Assembly (NCBI GenBank): GCA_000004985.1
Contig: GG738850.1
Source: Naegleria gruberi
Taxonomy: Eukaryota
Length of the DNA: 64,000 nucleotides
Strand: one strand, 5' to 3'
The notes under the pieces were generated by a model. That model worked only from the letters and a program-made list of their open reading frames with translations. It searched no databases and was not told where the DNA came from. Position numbers and translations under genes: made by a program. Of this stretch, positions 62,401-64,000 are shown one piece after another. How positions within the stretch are numbered: the first letter of the stretch is position 1; the number at the start of each line of letters is the position of its first letter.

Positions 62401-64000
62401 TTATCATCTACAAAGACCAGTATCTTCCAACATGTAAACTTTATAAGAGTTTTCTCGAACTTTTCCAGATGCTTATCAAAAGAAAGAATAACTACTCTCG
62501 CTAATAATTGTGGTATATCTGAGGAAGTGGAAGCTGTTGACAGAGAAATTTATGAAGACGTCAAGACCACACTTCTCTATGATTTCCTTGGCCCTATAGA
62601 AGCAAAAGAAACCATCCACAAGATGTCAATTTCTTGCAAGAGTATTCATGATAACGTCAAATCAAGCAAGAAAAGTACAAAAGATATCTTTGCATTCAGT
62701 TCTCTTGTCTATGAAGCCATGATAGAAATACTATTGGATTATCTTTCTAATGAAAAGTCTTTGCAGGACATTAGTCGTACATTGTCCTACACTCAAGATT
62801 GTTTAGGACCACTTTACGAACTTCCATCTCTTCAAACCAAGCCAAAAGAAGGGGATGGCACAGGTAAAAGCAATTCCAAAGATAGTGATTATGGTAACAA
62901 ATATCAAGCCATCACAACTTTGGTTGCCAACTTGTGTAAACCATTTTCAACAATCAGAGATATGGTTCCTGAGAAGCTATTCTCCTTCCTTAGTCAAAGT
63001 ACAAGTATTAATGACTATCTTCAATTTATAATGTCTCTCTCCAATCAGAGTGACAAGTGGAGAATAGCGTTAGACTCCCAACTTTTATTCTTATTTATGT
63101 TTACTTGGAATAGAAGAAAGGCACTCACAAAAGAACAATACCATCACTTTGTCGCAAGAAAAGGTCAGGAAAATTCCTTCTACTTTTATGCCAAATCACT
63201 TTTACTTACCTCATTCTACCCACCTTTCTCTGAGCTACAAGATGTTATTTTAGATCATTTCAAATTATCAATCAACTATAGCGAAAAACGTCAACAAGAT
63301 ATTGAAGCTCTCTTACCTATTGTTGAAGAGCTTATTCGACTCGATTTTTCCAAAGCAGAAACAGCCTGCAAATGTATTCTGGATGCCATTCAAGCCATCT
63401 CCAATCCCTCCTCCTCACAATCCTCTACCCCTGGCACTCCTACTCCACATTCATTCCCTTCCACTCGTGAAAGACTTACTACTTGTTTATTATGTCTTAA
63501 AGAAATTATTTTCTCCTCTCCACTTTTGGAATCACATGAAGATAAATTTGGAGAAAGAAAGAGAACCACTACAGTTCCACAAATCAAATCAATTTTAATT
63601 AATTTATGTACCAACAAGATTTTGCCATCAGTATTTAACACACCTATCCAAAAACCAGAAGACGTAGCATTATATGATATTTATTATTTAATTTATGGAA
63701 TGTTAGCCAAGTTAAAGATACCCCAAGAAGAATTGAATAAGGAATTTGAAAAATTATTCCAAAAAGAGAATAATCTACAAGTCTCTAATCCAAGAACTAT
63801 ACAAGTTGGAACACCTGTCAGCACACCAACCTCCAGTAGAAGAACTCCAACACCTGGTGGTGCCAGCAAAATGTCTCCAATTATTAGCCCTCAACAATCA
63901 CCAGTTCCAATGTCTCCACAAGTTGCTACCGTTAGACAAGAGCAAAACAGGGTCATCAGCAGCTGGTTTGTAATTGAGGATTACGTTTCCAATTGTTCTC
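59413..64000 (+). CDS. MED12: Mediator complex subunit 12 (Med12/Srb8), N-terminal 1529 codons. Partial: the ORF runs off the window end.
   Basis: An uninterrupted reading frame runs from the ATG at 59413 to 64000. The Med12 N-terminal domain is recognisable (YVKPNFFELLAQNNIPFFRALWYTKILIRDI versus Med12 [25 protein letters not shown]). Q/N/P-rich N-terminus. The track omits it because no stop is reached in the window. Confidence 0.75.
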   Translation, partial: MNPNNRPPHPTTAGGYYSSSSGNNNNVVGGGGFNQQQNHSSSGIPPHNRQGFPTGQGRTNQNGPIVQNRQQHPPRNVNNPNTNPNNIPSTMQQNRKKHPSGSQSSYPTQPHQSYHNNTTGSGFSTQAGHKATFGKKGQEVVVEQLSAKLGFPDVFLCEQNSSRPVMELSFTPSTARDGYVDKSFSYIDREPIDSHGTHFFNNDFYNLLEKSEQTLRDEYKTFSTNKTREEMKQRFENAYNSCSCTANNSFFPKLTDTGTMFKALAGRPDEQKRSSLASSRTSLRELASKLSRYYVKPNFFELLAQNNIPFFRALWYTKILIRDINTNITNVKDLAQDLTTKFCDYLLTSCNDDSTDPKKKNSIVYTINFLSYCLEENLLNENVLGQRLLEILEIKFGIKPKASKDTPLMDAYFFSLLYVKTSDQIYQQLSTTIQSSKKVGSVIKFYVLQLFKLFMMHSSDPKFTFEIFRRLNPGQQQLSLDSVKNLFCKIKDDIYAINVLDRHNCNIPELYNILLNNKEVGVQLISTICKWAITPKRFQNYRPYIAGTLVNNFIKQNPTMKKQVEDTLFKEVLNYSEEPTPDTYKNMLKLFNELILQNNFSISEYIKYLTSRGFNVAKTDEFNTRHTNILKNLPSYDPNTKNKIYSKLYGTKHEIVRKNQQTETEIQENIFKLINGGSDHNISSIIESMTLLPENGMQFEITQQIAEHVKTMDLAYLSEQTIDSILAIMISVSNLRAFRDIVYNITTKLISGEFKSPNLEIKMFSIIKNSLQLFISLDDSDIIDIFQKRFKTTNNRNIQSIIHRYITEISTTPNADPFKTKITKFTNDCNVIPAPINIEQSPTIHPFTQYIQSQDIILIPSNILVSELTKSPTKFSNDQLKHLIEVLFEKFQKHRVDTYITVLRDMYTFSHLLSDTSIIECFKDFIISTLDSTQYIREKHSSLILFCMKAVTCGVLSGYTFLNHILFNVFDNLKSKVATISKPNPQVQAITSIHAMLSSTKTSIFQHVNFIRVFSNFSRCLSKERITTLANNCGISEEVEAVDREIYEDVKTTLLYDFLGPIEAKETIHKMSISCKSIHDNVKSSKKSTKDIFAFSSLVYEAMIEILLDYLSNEKSLQDISRTLSYTQDCLGPLYELPSLQTKPKEGDGTGKSNSKDSDYGNKYQAITTLVANLCKPFSTIRDMVPEKLFSFLSQSTSINDYLQFIMSLSNQSDKWRIALDSQLLFLFMFTWNRRKALTKEQYHHFVARKGQENSFYFYAKSLLLTSFYPPFSELQDVILDHFKLSINYSEKRQQDIEALLPIVEELIRLDFSKAETACKCILDAIQAISNPSSSQSSTPGTPTPHSFPSTRERLTTCLLCLKEIIFSSPLLESHEDKFGERKRTTTVPQIKSILINLCTNKILPSVFNTPIQKPEDVALYDIYYLIYGMLAKLKIPQEELNKEFEKLFQKENNLQVSNPRTIQVGTPVSTPTSSRRTPTPGGASKMSPIISPQQSPVPMSPQVATVRQEQNRVISSWFVIEDYVSNCS

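Noticed and set aside
1-64000. Prokaryotic features (operons, Shine-Dalgarno sites, CRISPR arrays, rho-independent terminators)
   Set aside because: Spliceosomal introns, Pol III genes with internal A and B boxes, and the poly-Q/N eukaryotic proteins show this is eukaryotic nuclear DNA; there are no direct-repeat/spacer arrays.

Overview
This window is a compact, AT-rich (~30% GC) eukaryotic nuclear segment, not prokaryotic. It holds about 40 protein-coding genes on both strands, roughly one per 1.5 kb, plus five Pol III genes: one dispersed 5S rRNA, two identical tRNA-Gly(GCC), one tRNA-Ile(AAT) and one tRNA-Glu(TTC). Codons are biased to CAA, AAT and AAA, with long Q/N/S/T/P runs in many proteins. 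Most genes are single uninterrupted ORFs. At least eight genes have very short introns (40-124 nt) with GTAAGT, GTATGT, GTAAAG or GTGAGT donors and AAG, TAG or CAG acceptors. Several ORFs in the supplied track are therefore exons that must be joined. The track also starts many ORFs at TTG or GTG; the real ATGs lie downstream. Recognisable products are BTAF1/Mot1 (partial), COG4, CPSF30/Yth1, SCAR/WAVE, an SLC44/CTL choline-transporter-like protein, a TIA1/Nam8-like RRM protein, a ZZ+RING E3 ligase, PEX2, AMPK beta, a mitochondrial carrier, an acyl-protein-thioesterase-like hydrolase, a SET-domain protein, an ARM+TBC RabGAP, Nup93/Nic96, a secreted NHL+EGF protein, mitochondrial EF-Tu and Mediator Med12 (partial). 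The gene set (SCAR/WAVE, Med12, tenascin-type EGF/NHL) and the low-complexity style suggest an amoebozoan, dictyostelid-like source; this is inference. I found no mobile elements, CRISPR arrays or operon structure, and no convincing previously undescribed system. The least ordinary features are: (1) three tandem paralogous genes for a ~70-90 aa tail-anchored protein whose copies differ in the number of a 21-nt (7-aa, N-x-K-L-L-E) coding repeat; (2) a dispersed 5S rRNA gene convergent with one of two duplicated tRNA-Gly genes that bracket a Ser/Thr-rich GPI-type surface-protein gene. All coordinates were derived by hand and could be off by a few nucleotides.
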